Numbered from the stretch's first letter, positions 20,775 to 29,953 are shown. The stretch: 64,000 bases of DNA from Bacteroidaceae bacterium (GCA_017617575.1 JAFZVY010000048.1:12963-76962); one strand, 5' to 3'. Notes: generated from the letters alone by a model not told the origin. Program-made: numbers and translations.

Positions 20775-21866
20775 ATGAAACCACAAGTAATAGCGTTTTA
20801 TCTTCCACAGTATCATCCTACCGCTCACAACGATGAATGGTGGGGCAAGGGCTTTACCGAATGGACTAATGTCGTTAAGGCAAAGCCATTGTTCCGTGGT
20901 CACTATCAGCCTAAGATTCCTACTGACTTGGGATTCTATGACCTACGCGTTCCAGAGGTACGTGAGCAGCAGGCACAGCTTGCACGTGAAGCTGGAGTCG
21001 ATGGCTTCTGCTACTATGAGTATTGGTTTGGCAATGGTCATGAGGAACTTGAGTTGCCGTTCAGAGAGGTTGTAGAAAGTGGTAAGCCGGACTTCCCTTT
21101 CTGCCTTTGCTGGGCAAACGAGTCATGGTTCAAGAAGTTCTGGAACAACGAAGGCTCTGTGGTAGACAAGAAGGTGCTGGCTGAACAGACTTACCCTGGA
21201 AAGGAAGACTACGAGAAGCACTTCTATGCCCGACTTGCCGCCTTCAAGGACGCTCGATACATAAAGGTTGACGGAAAGCTCTTGTATGTCATCTACAAGC
21301 CGCTCCTAATGCCTGACGTGACTGAGTTCATGCAGGAATGGCAAAGGCTTGCAAGGGAGAACGGGCTTCCTGAGTTCTACTTCGTTGGCTTCTCTTTGTT
21401 GCCAGACCAAGAGGGCGATGCTATTCTTTCCAAGGGCTGCAATTCGGTCGGAGCTTGCCGTATGAGTCCTGACTGGGTACATGACTTCAAGTGGGCAGTG
21501 CGCAAGTTGACTAGTATGATACTACAGCGTCCGCGTACTAACGACTACAGGAAGCTCTGGCACGTCCTGCTTACAGACAAGGAGCGTAAGGACGAGAGGT
21601 ATTGTCCTGTCATCATGCCTAACTGGGACCACACTCCTCGAAGCGGTGTGAACGGAATGCTATATACTCATGCTACTCCTGACGAGTTCCACAAGCATTG
21701 TCTCGATGCCTTGTCTTCAGTTGCTGCGAAGAAGGACAACCCACTGGTGTTCCTCAAGTCATGGAACGAGTGGGGCGAAGGCAACTATATGGAACCGGAC
21801 ATGAAGTTTGGCAAGGGATTCATTCATGCTTTGCGTAGGGCTGTGGATGCAGTCTGTGCTAAATGA
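20775..21866 (+). CDS. WbsX-family glycosyltransferase (glycosyl hydrolase-like fold)
   Basis: N-terminus VIAFYLPQYHPTAHNDEWWGKGFTEWTNV is characteristic of the WbsX family. Confidence 0.8.
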   Translation: MKPQVIAFYLPQYHPTAHNDEWWGKGFTEWTNVVKAKPLFRGHYQPKIPTDLGFYDLRVPEVREQQAQLAREAGVDGFCYYEYWFGNGHEELELPFREVVESGKPDFPFCLCWANESWFKKFWNNEGSVVDKKVLAEQTYPGKEDYEKHFYARLAAFKDARYIKVDGKLLYVIYKPLLMPDVTEFMQEWQRLARENGLPEFYFVGFSLLPDQEGDAILSKGCNSVGACRMSPDWVHDFKWAVRKLTSMILQRPRTNDYRKLWHVLLTDKERKDERYCPVIMPNWDHTPRSGVNGMLYTHATPDEFHKHCLDALSSVAAKKDNPLVFLKSWNEWGEGNYMEPDMKFGKGFIHALRRAVDAVCAK

Positions 21867-21876
21867 CACTTTGCTT

Positions 21877-22938
21877 ATGAAGGTTGTATATGACAATATA
21901 ATATTCTCCCTGCAACGCTGTGGAGGTATCTCTGTGGTGTGGGGAAAACTGTTGAATCACATCATGTCGCACGGCGATGTTGACGTCGTTGCATTGGAAG
22001 GTGAGGATGCTTGCAGTAACATAGTGCGCAAGGAGCTAACTCTGGATGGAATCGCTCTGCATTCTTTCAAGACTCGCCTGATGGCTTTGCGCCGTTGGTT
22101 CAACCCTTCTGTGCCAAGCGACGTTGCAGGTGGAGGCAAGTTCATCTTCCACTCAAGCTACTACCGCCTGTCAGGTCATCCTAATGCCGTGAACGTTACT
22201 ACAGTGCATGACTTCTCCTATAGGATGTTCGTCACCAACCCATTGAAGAGATACATACATTGCAGTCAGATGTTCCGTGCTATCCGTATGGCTGACCATG
22301 TGGTCTGCATATCGGAGAACACTCGCAAAGACCTTTTCCGCTTCTTACCTGACGTACCAAAGGATAAGGTGTCGGTAATATACAACGGAGTTGACAACAA
22401 GTTCTTCCCGATGGAGGATTCCTGCTCACAGGACTTCGTCCTCTTCGTTGGCAAGCGTGACCGATACAAGAATTTCAACGCCTTGGTTGCACCTCTTGCC
22501 GAGCTTGGACGTAGTATCAAGATAGTCGGTGTGCCACTGACTGCTGATGAGGAAGCACTTATGCGTCAAAGCGGTTTGCAGTACGAATACTGCGGCATCG
22601 TAACTGACGAGGAGTTGAACCGTCTGTACAACGAGGCTTTCTGTCTTCTTTACACCTCGCTCTACGAGGGCTTTGGACTGCCAGTGCTCGAAGCACAGAT
22701 GGCAGGCTGCCCGGTGGTGGCAATGGACTCGTCGTCAATACCAGAGGTGATAGGCGACAAGCGTATGCTGCTCTCGGAGATAACTGCCGAGTCGCTGCAA
22801 GAAAAGTTCCAGCTGCTTTTCGATTCCACAGCGAGAGCGTCCGTCATAGCGCACGGAATGGAGAAGGCTCACAGCTTCTCATGGGATAGGATGGGACAGG
22901 AATATTACGAACTGTACAGTAGATTGCTAAATCAGTAA
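21877..22938 (+). CDS. Glycosyltransferase family 4 (GT-B)
   Basis: EGFGLPVLEAQMAGCPVV E-x7-E motif. The Met at 21877 (MKVVYDNIIF) is preferred over the ORF start at 21808, which overlaps the upstream gene. Confidence 0.8.
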   Translation: MKVVYDNIIFSLQRCGGISVVWGKLLNHIMSHGDVDVVALEGEDACSNIVRKELTLDGIALHSFKTRLMALRRWFNPSVPSDVAGGGKFIFHSSYYRLSGHPNAVNVTTVHDFSYRMFVTNPLKRYIHCSQMFRAIRMADHVVCISENTRKDLFRFLPDVPKDKVSVIYNGVDNKFFPMEDSCSQDFVLFVGKRDRYKNFNALVAPLAELGRSIKIVGVPLTADEEALMRQSGLQYEYCGIVTDEELNRLYNEAFCLLYTSLYEGFGLPVLEAQMAGCPVVAMDSSSIPEVIGDKRMLLSEITAESLQEKFQLLFDSTARASVIAHGMEKAHSFSWDRMGQEYYELYSRLLNQ

Positions 22939-22943
22939 GACTA

Positions 22944-23699
22944 ATGAAGATATCTATAATCGTACCTACATATAACAGTGCCTTGACGTTGAGGGACACC
23001 CTCTCGTCCATTCTCCTACAGACCTACAAGGACTACGAAGTGTGGATAATAGACGGTGCATCGTGCGACGCTACGATGGACATAGTACATGAGTTTGAAC
23101 CTGCATTCGAAGGCAGGCTTCAGTACGTTTCCGAACGTGACAAGGGCATCTACGATGCCATGAACAAGGGCATTCATCGTGCAACTGGCAGTATCGTCGG
23201 CATCCTCAACTCCGATGACTTCTATACGTCCGACAATGCACTTGAGACCATAGCCGATGCTTTCCGCTCGGACGACAAGCTGGAGCTTACCTATGGTGAT
23301 GTCCACTATGTCAACGACGGCGAGCTACAGGTCAGCGTTCGCTATTACTCTTCACGCATATTCCGTCCCTCACTATTGCGCTGGGGCTATATGCCTGCAC
23401 ACCCGTCTTGTTATGTACTGAAGAGCGTCTATGACGATATTGGAGACTACTCCCTCAATTACAAGATAGCGTCCGACTTCGACATGATGGTGCGCCTGTT
23501 CCATAGTAGGGGAGTGCGCTACCGCTATATACCGAAGGACTTCGTGACGATGCGAACAGGTGGAATAAGTACCTCCAGCATCTCCCATCGACTCCTAATA
23601 ACACACGAGGATGCCAGGGCGTGCCGTTCCAATGGACTTTTCTCCTGCTTCCCGATGTGCTGTGTCAAATACTTCACAAAGATATTTGAGTTCATATAA
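22944..23699 (+). CDS. Glycosyltransferase family 2
   Basis: ISIIVPTYNS, DGASCD and LNSDD (DxD) motifs. Confidence 0.85.
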   Translation: MKISIIVPTYNSALTLRDTLSSILLQTYKDYEVWIIDGASCDATMDIVHEFEPAFEGRLQYVSERDKGIYDAMNKGIHRATGSIVGILNSDDFYTSDNALETIADAFRSDDKLELTYGDVHYVNDGELQVSVRYYSSRIFRPSLLRWGYMPAHPSCYVLKSVYDDIGDYSLNYKIASDFDMMVRLFHSRGVRYRYIPKDFVTMRTGGISTSSISHRLLITHEDARACRSNGLFSCFPMCCVKYFTKIFEFI

Positions 23700-23799
23700 T
23701 ACTATTGGCTCTATGTCAACCATAACCGTTCATCAGTTATCCGACATAGAGCCATTATCTTGCCCATCAATTCAGTTTAATACTTACTTGTTTGCTAAT

Positions 23800-24792
23800 A
23801 TGAAACTAATCAGCATTCTCCTCCCTTGTTTGTTACTCGTCGCTTGTGACAAGGACGCTGACGTTCCTTCTAATACTTCTGACGACATTGTTGCAGCGTA
23901 TCGCTCCATCAACTCTAACTTGTCACGCACCGCAGATGTACTTATGAAGGACTCGCTGCGTGTACTGGACATTGGTAACTCTTACACCACCGATGCCACT
24001 GCCATGCTACCTCTTGTGTTCGACTCTCTCCACATAGACGCAAGCCGAATGTGCTACTACACGCTTGTTCGCCCAAGTGCTTCGTACAAGAATTGGCTTG
24101 ACTGCTACTTCGATGCAGACAATAGCGAATACCACTTCAACAAGGTAGTTGGAGGCTTATCCTCTTCCGTAAAGACTGGTAAGTACAAGGCGTATAGCGG
24201 ATGGGCTCTTCGCAAAGTTCTCTCGGAGAAGTGGGACCTAATCATTATCCATCAATATAGTAAGTATGCCACGAGCTACGACCAGTGGCTCACTGTTGGT
24301 CCGTATGGTTATCTGCCACAGCTCACCACACTTATTGACTCGCTCCAACCCAGTGCCACGCTTGGCACATACATAATTCACAGCTATGCAAGTTGGTACA
24401 AAGGCAACAATGAACGCTCCTCAGCCAAACGCCTCGCTAACATATACAGCGCCGTTCAACGCATGACCTACGATGCGCCTGCCTTCCAAGTTGTCGTGCC
24501 ATACGGTACGGCGGTGCAGAACCTACGTGCTTCCTATACCGACCCAAATGACATGGATATGACTCGTGACGGCACTCACCTCGGCTACGGCCTCTCACGT
24601 TTCACTGCCAGTGCCTGCCTCTTTGAGTCGCTCTTCGCTCGACGTTTCAATACATCGGTGAGTAACATTCAAGTTACATACCACTGTACCAAAGAAGAGC
24701 ACACCCAGTCACCAGAAGGATGCATCGACATTACACCTGATAACCTTCCGTTCGCCATCTCTGCAGTACAGCGTACAATGGTGAATCCATAG
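23800..24792 (+). CDS. Lipoprotein, DUF4886-like (SGNH-hydrolase-like fold), possible polysaccharide-modifying esterase
   Basis: Lipobox MKLISILLPCLLLVAC at the internal Met at 23800. LRVLDIGNSYT resembles an SGNH block I. The longer ORF from 23611 overlaps the GT2 gene. Confidence 0.55.
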   Translation: MKLISILLPCLLLVACDKDADVPSNTSDDIVAAYRSINSNLSRTADVLMKDSLRVLDIGNSYTTDATAMLPLVFDSLHIDASRMCYYTLVRPSASYKNWLDCYFDADNSEYHFNKVVGGLSSSVKTGKYKAYSGWALRKVLSEKWDLIIIHQYSKYATSYDQWLTVGPYGYLPQLTTLIDSLQPSATLGTYIIHSYASWYKGNNERSSAKRLANIYSAVQRMTYDAPAFQVVVPYGTAVQNLRASYTDPNDMDMTRDGTHLGYGLSRFTASACLFESLFARRFNTSVSNIQVTYHCTKEEHTQSPEGCIDITPDNLPFAISAVQRTMVNP

Positions 24793-24856
24793 TACGTATC
24801 CTCATGTCACCGTTTATTTACAGTCATGCAAATACTCCCTCTTTGCTCTCTCTTCA

Positions 24857-25486
24857 CTACTGCCCAGGCTCATAAGCATGGTAGATGAGTGCCGCACCGA
24901 AACCACTGCGCGTGATGCCTGTGGTATTGCTGTGTGCAGCGAACTCGCGTAGCTCAAGGGATGCCGTGGTACGTGACACACCAGTCATGTTCACGTAGTC
25001 GGCGATGTGCATGAACTTGTTCCTCGCAATGTATTCCTGTGCCTTCTTCAGTCGCTGACTAATGGTGAGACGACTGCGGTTGATACGCACCGTGTCACCA
25101 CGCTCCAGTCTGCAACGTTGGTTCATCTCATTGAGCAGCTTCTTATCCGTCTTTAGGTTGATGCTCTTAATCTTAATACTCTTTGCATTCCTCTTCGTAC
25201 TGCCGTCAAGCTCCTCTACAGTCTTGTCCGCAACCATTCCCAGTGCAAGGCTGAAGCATCCAATATTGTCTATTGTGACACTGAACCCTTGCAATAGCAA
25301 CTCCTTGATAGCTTCCGCCGTTTGCCTGAGAGCCATCTCAGCACTTGCCTTGCTAATACCATTGCGAGCCATCTGCTCCACCACATCCTTGTGACTCATA
25401 TTACCAAATGACTCCACTCTGTAGTAGCACTGCGCCTTCATCCTGTCATGAAGACGAGGTATCTCTTGCTTTATGTATCTAATCAT
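24857..25486 (-). CDS. HU-fold DNA-binding protein with C-terminal wHTH-like domain (Bacteroidota-expanded HU clade), paralogue 1
   Basis: N-terminal HU-like segment (...ISKASAEMALRQTAEAIKELLLQGFSVTIDNIGCFSLALG). C-terminal IADYVNMTGVSRTTASLELREF helix-turn-helix-like segment. About 40 percent identical by eye to 39807-40439. Confidence 0.7.
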   Translation of the reverse strand: MIRYIKQEIPRLHDRMKAQCYYRVESFGNMSHKDVVEQMARNGISKASAEMALRQTAEAIKELLLQGFSVTIDNIGCFSLALGMVADKTVEELDGSTKRNAKSIKIKSINLKTDKKLLNEMNQRCRLERGDTVRINRSRLTISQRLKKAQEYIARNKFMHIADYVNMTGVSRTTASLELREFAAHSNTTGITRSGFGAALIYHAYEPGQ

Positions 25487-25557
25487 AGTCTATTACATTT
25501 ATTCATTCATTATAGTTTATTCTTTATTCACAGTTCTATTGCAATAGGAATGATATT

Positions 25558-26000
25558 GCAGCGAACGTTTATTTGTCATTGCAGCGAACGTTTATTTATC
25601 TTTGCAGCGAATGTTTATTTGTTTTTGCAGCGAACGCTTATTTGTCTTTGCTGCAAATGTTTATTTGTCTCTGCAACGAACGTTTATTCCCTTTTGCATT
25701 TAATGCTTACCTCCTTTTCAACTAATGCTTACGTTCATTCGCTGCTAATACTAACAGAACATCGCCACTAATCTTAATCAGACCTTGCAGTTAATAGTTA
25801 ATCTCTCTACTACAAGTCTTTTTTCTTCTTTTTCACTAATTCTAGTTGATTGTTGTAACTAATGTCATAATTTTATTTCAACTCAACCTTTTTTCTGTTT
25901 TCCACTAATCATATTTTTCATTTGCTACTAACACTAATCTTATCTCTCTATTAATATAAATTGCCTTTGTCACTAATACTAATTCTCTGCTCCACTATTC
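25558..26000. repeat. 23-bp-phased degenerate tandem array (about 19 units)
   Basis: Core starts at 25558, 25581, 25604, 25627, 25650, 25673, 25696, 25719, 25741, 25764 and 25787. A drifted CACTAAT-type core then occurs at 25834, 25857, 25880, 25903, 25926, 25949, 25971 and 25993. Confidence 0.85.
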
Positions 26001-26051
26001 AAAGTTATTTTTGCCGTTATTTTTAGTTGTCAACCTTGTTGTAAGCTACCG

Positions 26052-26066
26052 TTCACAACTTGTGAA
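26052..26066. promoter_or_regulatory. Perfect 7-1-7 palindrome TTCACAAcTTGTGAA followed by two TTCGCAAGTT half-repeats at about 21-bp spacing (candidate operator)
   Basis: Read directly. Related TTCGCAAGTTGTG at 26073 and TTCGCAAGTTATGAA at 26094. Confidence 0.35.
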
Positions 26067-26350
26067 TATATATTCGCAAGTTGTGTGTCTTTGTTCGCAA
26101 GTTATGAACGACAGCTCATAACTTAACGGAATCGTAATATCAGTGCAAAACAAACTTATTTATAGTTGCATGTCGAATTTGTTATAGTGTTATTGCTGAT
26201 TTCTCTCAGTTGCAAAAGTAAACTATTTCCCATTTACGTGCAAGTTTTTCATAGTTGATTTTACAAACATCTTCTCGTATAGAGTGATTTACATACATAA
26301 TACCTTCCCAATTATGCTAATTGTTTATCTCACCTTCATATCCCAATACC

Positions 26351-26516
26351 TGTTTTCTTTTGTTTTCCTATGTTTTCTTTTGTTTTTCTAATTGACCGCT
26401 TTGCGGTACTTCTATTACTTATCCTTTTTCTATTCTATATTTCATTAGTCGAGTTGTGTGCGCCAAAGGCGCCAGTTAGAAAAACAAAAGAAAACATGGG
26501 AAAACAAAAGAAAACA
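26351..26516. repeat. Large inverted repeat with 41-bp arms (40/41 match) separated by 84 bp
   Basis: Left arm TGTTTTCTTTTGTTTTCCTATGTTTTCTTTTGTTTTTCTAA (26351-26391). The right arm at 26476-26516 is its reverse complement with one mismatch. The spacer is bounded by small hairpins ACCGCTTTGCGGT and GCGCCAAAGGCGC. Confidence 0.85.
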
Positions 26517-26594
26517 ATATGCTTGCAATACCATACATGAGAGTCTTTTAGTATAGCCATATTTGACTATACTATTAAATACTGATAATAAAAT

Positions 26595-26629
26595 GAGCCT
26601 AAAGTACACTTGTGTGTAGCTTTAGGCTC
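26595..26629 (-). terminator. Rho-independent terminator of the wzi-like/wecA-like operon
   Basis: GAGCCTAAAG (26595-26604) pairs with CTTTAGGCTC (26620-26629). On the minus strand it is followed by ATTTTATT. Confidence 0.65.
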
Positions 26630-26668
26630 AAATATATAACAGTTGAAATGTTACATGATGCTTAGTTG

Positions 26669-27757
26669 TCAATCCTCCTTCATCGTAATTGTGAAGTACG
26701 TGAGGAGGAGGTATGATACGACGTCGGTCAGCATTATGATAGAGAGGCTGAGTCCGAAGATGAAGAGGCCGTAGTTAATTACACAGAAGGCTCCGAAGGT
26801 AAGGAGAATCACAAGGAGCGTCTGGTGCATACCGAGTCCGGTTGCCATTATGATGTGGTGTATGTGAGTCTTATCAGGGTCAAACATCTTCTTACCGCGA
26901 AGACGGCGACCTATGGCTACCCTGATCACATCGAAGCAAGGTAACATGACGAGGGTGAAAGAGATGAGGAATGAGTTCTCTCGGTACTCGAACACCTGCC
27001 AGTTCGTCATTTGGTACTTGATGGCAAGGTACGAGATGACGTACCCGAGGAAAAGGCTTCCTGAGTCACCCATGAATATCTTGTTGCCTCCTATCTTACC
27101 GTAGTAGTTGTAGCAGAAGAAACCAGCGACTGCTCCGGCGAGTGCTATGGAGAGGAGGCAGAACAGTTGTGAACCGAGGTCGCTGTAAAGCCATGAGAAG
27201 GTGCACAGTATGCAGATGGACAGGCTCGAAGCAAGTCCGTCGATGCCGTCGATTAGGTTCATGGCGTTTACTATGAGAAGTATGACGAAGACCGTCAGTG
27301 GGTAGGCGAGGAAGCACGGGATAATATGAAGCCCGAAGAGTCCGTGGAGGTCGTTTATCATAAGGTTGCACAGAGGGAAGAATGAGGCGACAACTGCCTG
27401 GATGATGAACTTGTGCATCGCCTTCATGCCCTTCAAGTCGTCGAGTATGCCGATGAGGTATATCACGATGCCTCCCGATGCCATGGCAACGGTTGAGAGT
27501 GTAACTGTGAACTCATGGCTCAGTCCGCGGTGAATGACTGCGAGTGCAGCTACGATGCCAATGCACATGGAAGGCATGAAGAGTGCACCGCCAAGTCGCG
27601 GAATGGCGAACTTGTGTACTTTGCGCGCATCCGGCATGTCGTAGAGTCCTTTCTTCTTGCACATCATGATAATGAAAGGCGTCCCGATTAGTGAGAAACC
27701 GAGACTTGTGCAGAAGGCTATGATGATGTATAATATGTCTTGCTCTGGTAGAGTCAT
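26669..27757 (-). CDS. Undecaprenyl-phosphate HexNAc-1-phosphate transferase (WecA/MraY family)
   Basis: Polytopic membrane protein with DDLKG, NLIDGIDGL, MGDSGSLFLG and HIHH motifs of the polyprenyl-phosphate N-acetylhexosamine-1-P transferase family. Confidence 0.85.
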   Translation of the reverse strand: MTLPEQDILYIIIAFCTSLGFSLIGTPFIIMMCKKKGLYDMPDARKVHKFAIPRLGGALFMPSMCIGIVAALAVIHRGLSHEFTVTLSTVAMASGGIVIYLIGILDDLKGMKAMHKFIIQAVVASFFPLCNLMINDLHGLFGLHIIPCFLAYPLTVFVILLIVNAMNLIDGIDGLASSLSICILCTFSWLYSDLGSQLFCLLSIALAGAVAGFFCYNYYGKIGGNKIFMGDSGSLFLGYVISYLAIKYQMTNWQVFEYRENSFLISFTLVMLPCFDVIRVAIGRRLRGKKMFDPDKTHIHHIIMATGLGMHQTLLVILLTFGAFCVINYGLFIFGLSLSIIMLTDVVSYLLLTYFTITMKED

Positions 27758-27907
27758 TATTATAAGCTAATTTTAGATATTAACGTGGAGGTTTACATTT
27801 TATTGTGCTGTCGCACCTTTTTTTATTATATGATTATTTAGGGGCGAGTAGGGGAGTGAGTGTCGGTGCTGTTGTTGACCGTCTCCCTTTGCTCCTTTTG
27901 GAAGGAG

Positions 27908-28018
27908 TGGTTTGGTGGTTAATGGTGTTGCTGAAACATGTTAATTGTTGCATTTCCGTGTCACTGTTGACCACCTTGGTTTTGTGGTTAATGGTGTTGC
28001 AAAAGCATGTTAATTGTT
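27908..28018. repeat. Two copies of a 42-bp direct repeat (38/42 identical), 70 bp apart, in the intra-operon gap
   Basis: TGGTTTGGTGGTTAATGGTGTTGCTGAAACATGTTAATTGTT at 27908-27949 and a variant at 27978-28018. Followed by TTAATTGTTAATTATTAATTG words. Confidence 0.8.
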
Positions 28019-28045
28019 AATTATTAATTGTTAATTGTCTCCAGC

Positions 28046-28465
28046 TCAGTACCTGCGGAACGTGAGCGTGTTGTCCCCACCCATGAGGGTCATGTTGGTA
28101 CTGTTCAGTTGAACGATGCGGAAGCCTCCGTTGTCGGGTACGCCGTAGTCGGCAAGTGAGCTGACAGGTACGATGGAGTCGAACGGTGAGGCGTGAACCT
28201 GAGTGATGATGAGGCTGTCGTTAGCGTTTCGGAAAGTTGTCATGTAGTACTTGCCGTGGTCGTTCACCTTCCATATCTTCATGAGGCTGATGCTCACCGA
28301 ATAGTAGATGCCGCTCTGTTTGTCTGCAAGGAGAGTGCCGTCATTGGTTCTTACCCATGACGTCAGTTGCCAGTTGCCGTTAAGATTGCCGAGATGGTTG
28401 TGCTTGTCCTCGCACGAAGTGATAGCCAGGCAGAGGGTCAGTAATGCGATTAAAGACTTTCTCAT
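28046..28465 (-). CDS. Lipocalin-like domain lipoprotein
   Basis: Lipobox LTLCLAITSC followed by the NGNWQLTSW motif typical of lipocalin-like domain proteins. 4-nt overlap with the upstream gene. Confidence 0.55.
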   Translation of the reverse strand: MRKSLIALLTLCLAITSCEDKHNHLGNLNGNWQLTSWVRTNDGTLLADKQSGIYYSVSISLMKIWKVNDHGKYYMTTFRNANDSLIITQVHASPFDSIVPVSSLADYGVPDNGGFRIVQLNSTNMTLMGGDNTLTFRRY

Positions 28466-29946
28466 TGTGTCAGTACTCCTTTCTTCCTTATTGTTAGCAT
28501 GCCTCCGTCACTGCGACCAAGAAGCGAACCGCGGTTGGTTGCCATTGCCCCTGTAACGCTCCAGCCCTTGAGTCGGGACGGAGAGTAAGTCGCCTCTGCT
28601 ATGAAGAAGTGGGCAGATAGCGGGTCGGTGGTAGGCTGAGCGTAAGTACCGAGCGAACGCACGTGGGTGTACATTAGTCTGTAGTGGAGGCACTGCATTG
28701 GGTCTCCGCTCACACCTATGTGGTAGGCCTTTATGCGGTTGTTGCGAAACGAGATTACACCTTTATTATATATAGGGGATACAAGGGCTGGGTTTCCAAT
28801 AGCCTGTCCCCAGTGATGCCACGCTCCGTAGATGCTGTGGTTGTAGTAGTTGTCCATACCACTTAACTGCGTAGTTAGGAGGTCGGTGTGGTCGTGGTAC
28901 ACACATCCGCTCTGGTCCTCTGTGCCGAGATGCTCAAGGACAATGGCTGTCACTGCAGGATTGCGTGGCACGTTCACCTCCAGTCCCCACATGAAGTCCC
29001 TCCAGTCGTACTGGAAGAACATCTGCGAATGGTCTTCAAAGAAGTGCTCGGCGTATAGTTTACCGCTCCACCTCTTACCTTTATAGTCGATGCACGCTTG
29101 GTAGCTTCCCACTTGGTTGCCCTCCGCATTGTCGTATGCACCGTCAGTAGCATCGCGACCTCCCGGGAAGAACGCATGCCAGTAGCTCTTCAGTCCATTG
29201 CCCATCACGACATGACCTCCTTTGAAGTCGCTCGTGTCGTCCGCACGCCTTCCGATGTTCCAGCTCTCGCCGCCGAACTGTGCGCAGAACTCCACCCCGG
29301 CAGTGAACGTGACAGGCAGTATGTCCTCCCTACCGATGCGGATGTAGCCTGACTTGCTGTGGAAGAGTACGTCCTTGCAGTGGATGCTATTGCCTTCAGT
29401 AAACTCCTCCTGCCACTTTCCGTCCGTGAACCATCCGTAGGCAATATGTCCCTTGAAGCCGAACCAACCATTAGTCAAGGGTAAGTCCCAGTAGTCGTTG
29501 AGTGCCAGTCGTACTTGCGGGATAGGGTGGGCGTTTATTCCGTACGTCATATCGCCAGTACTCAGTTCCTCGTTCTTGAACATGAGAGGCATCTCCTTTG
29601 CACCTATGGTGAGCGTTCCTTTCCTATACTGAACCTCGCCGTAAAGCTGTTGAACGAAGAATCGTGAATCGTAGTGCTTGCAGACGGCAATGTCCGCACC
29701 ATAGCCCAGCCTCCAAGTACGTAGTGAGTCAGCATCCAAGCTTCTGCCTAGCCTCGCGCGTATATACTGCGAGTTGTTTGCTATGGATGCCATACCCCGC
29801 TTATTAGCTGTGAGCCAGAACGGTGCGCTATTGCCCGTGCTAAGCGTTGTGCCCAGCTCGGTACAATAAGTAATACCTTTGCCCAGATTCTGGGCAAAGG
29901 TATCTATGGAAATTGCTATCAATAGCGTTGTTATCAGATTCTTCAT
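28462..29946 (-). CDS. Capsule-assembly Wzi-family-like outer-membrane beta-barrel protein
   Basis: Signal peptide present. N-terminal NSAPFWLTANKRG resembles the Wzi family. Aromatic-rich alternating beta-strand pattern throughout. Assignment is from memory of the family. Confidence 0.5.
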   Translation of the reverse strand: MKNLITTLLIAISIDTFAQNLGKGITYCTELGTTLSTGNSAPFWLTANKRGMASIANNSQYIRARLGRSLDADSLRTWRLGYGADIAVCKHYDSRFFVQQLYGEVQYRKGTLTIGAKEMPLMFKNEELSTGDMTYGINAHPIPQVRLALNDYWDLPLTNGWFGFKGHIAYGWFTDGKWQEEFTEGNSIHCKDVLFHSKSGYIRIGREDILPVTFTAGVEFCAQFGGESWNIGRRADDTSDFKGGHVVMGNGLKSYWHAFFPGGRDATDGAYDNAEGNQVGSYQACIDYKGKRWSGKLYAEHFFEDHSQMFFQYDWRDFMWGLEVNVPRNPAVTAIVLEHLGTEDQSGCVYHDHTDLLTTQLSGMDNYYNHSIYGAWHHWGQAIGNPALVSPIYNKGVISFRNNRIKAYHIGVSGDPMQCLHYRLMYTHVRSLGTYAQPTTDPLSAHFFIAEATYSPSRLKGWSVTGAMATNRGSLLGRSDGGMLTIRKKGVLTQ

Positions 29947-29953
29947 TATTTTC

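Noticed and set aside
25448-25771. 107-aa ORF on the plus strand
   Set aside because: It is a low-complexity translation of the tandem repeat itself (repeating ...CSERLFIFAANVYLF...). It overlaps the start of the HU-fold gene, so it is not a credible gene.
25558-26000. Possible CRISPR array
   Set aside because: The units are contiguous 23-bp repeats with no unique spacers. The repeats decay progressively, and no cas genes are in the window.
27805-28020. 71-aa plus-strand ORF
   Set aside because: It spans the 42-bp direct repeats in an intra-operon gap, and the repeated peptide simply reflects the DNA repeat.
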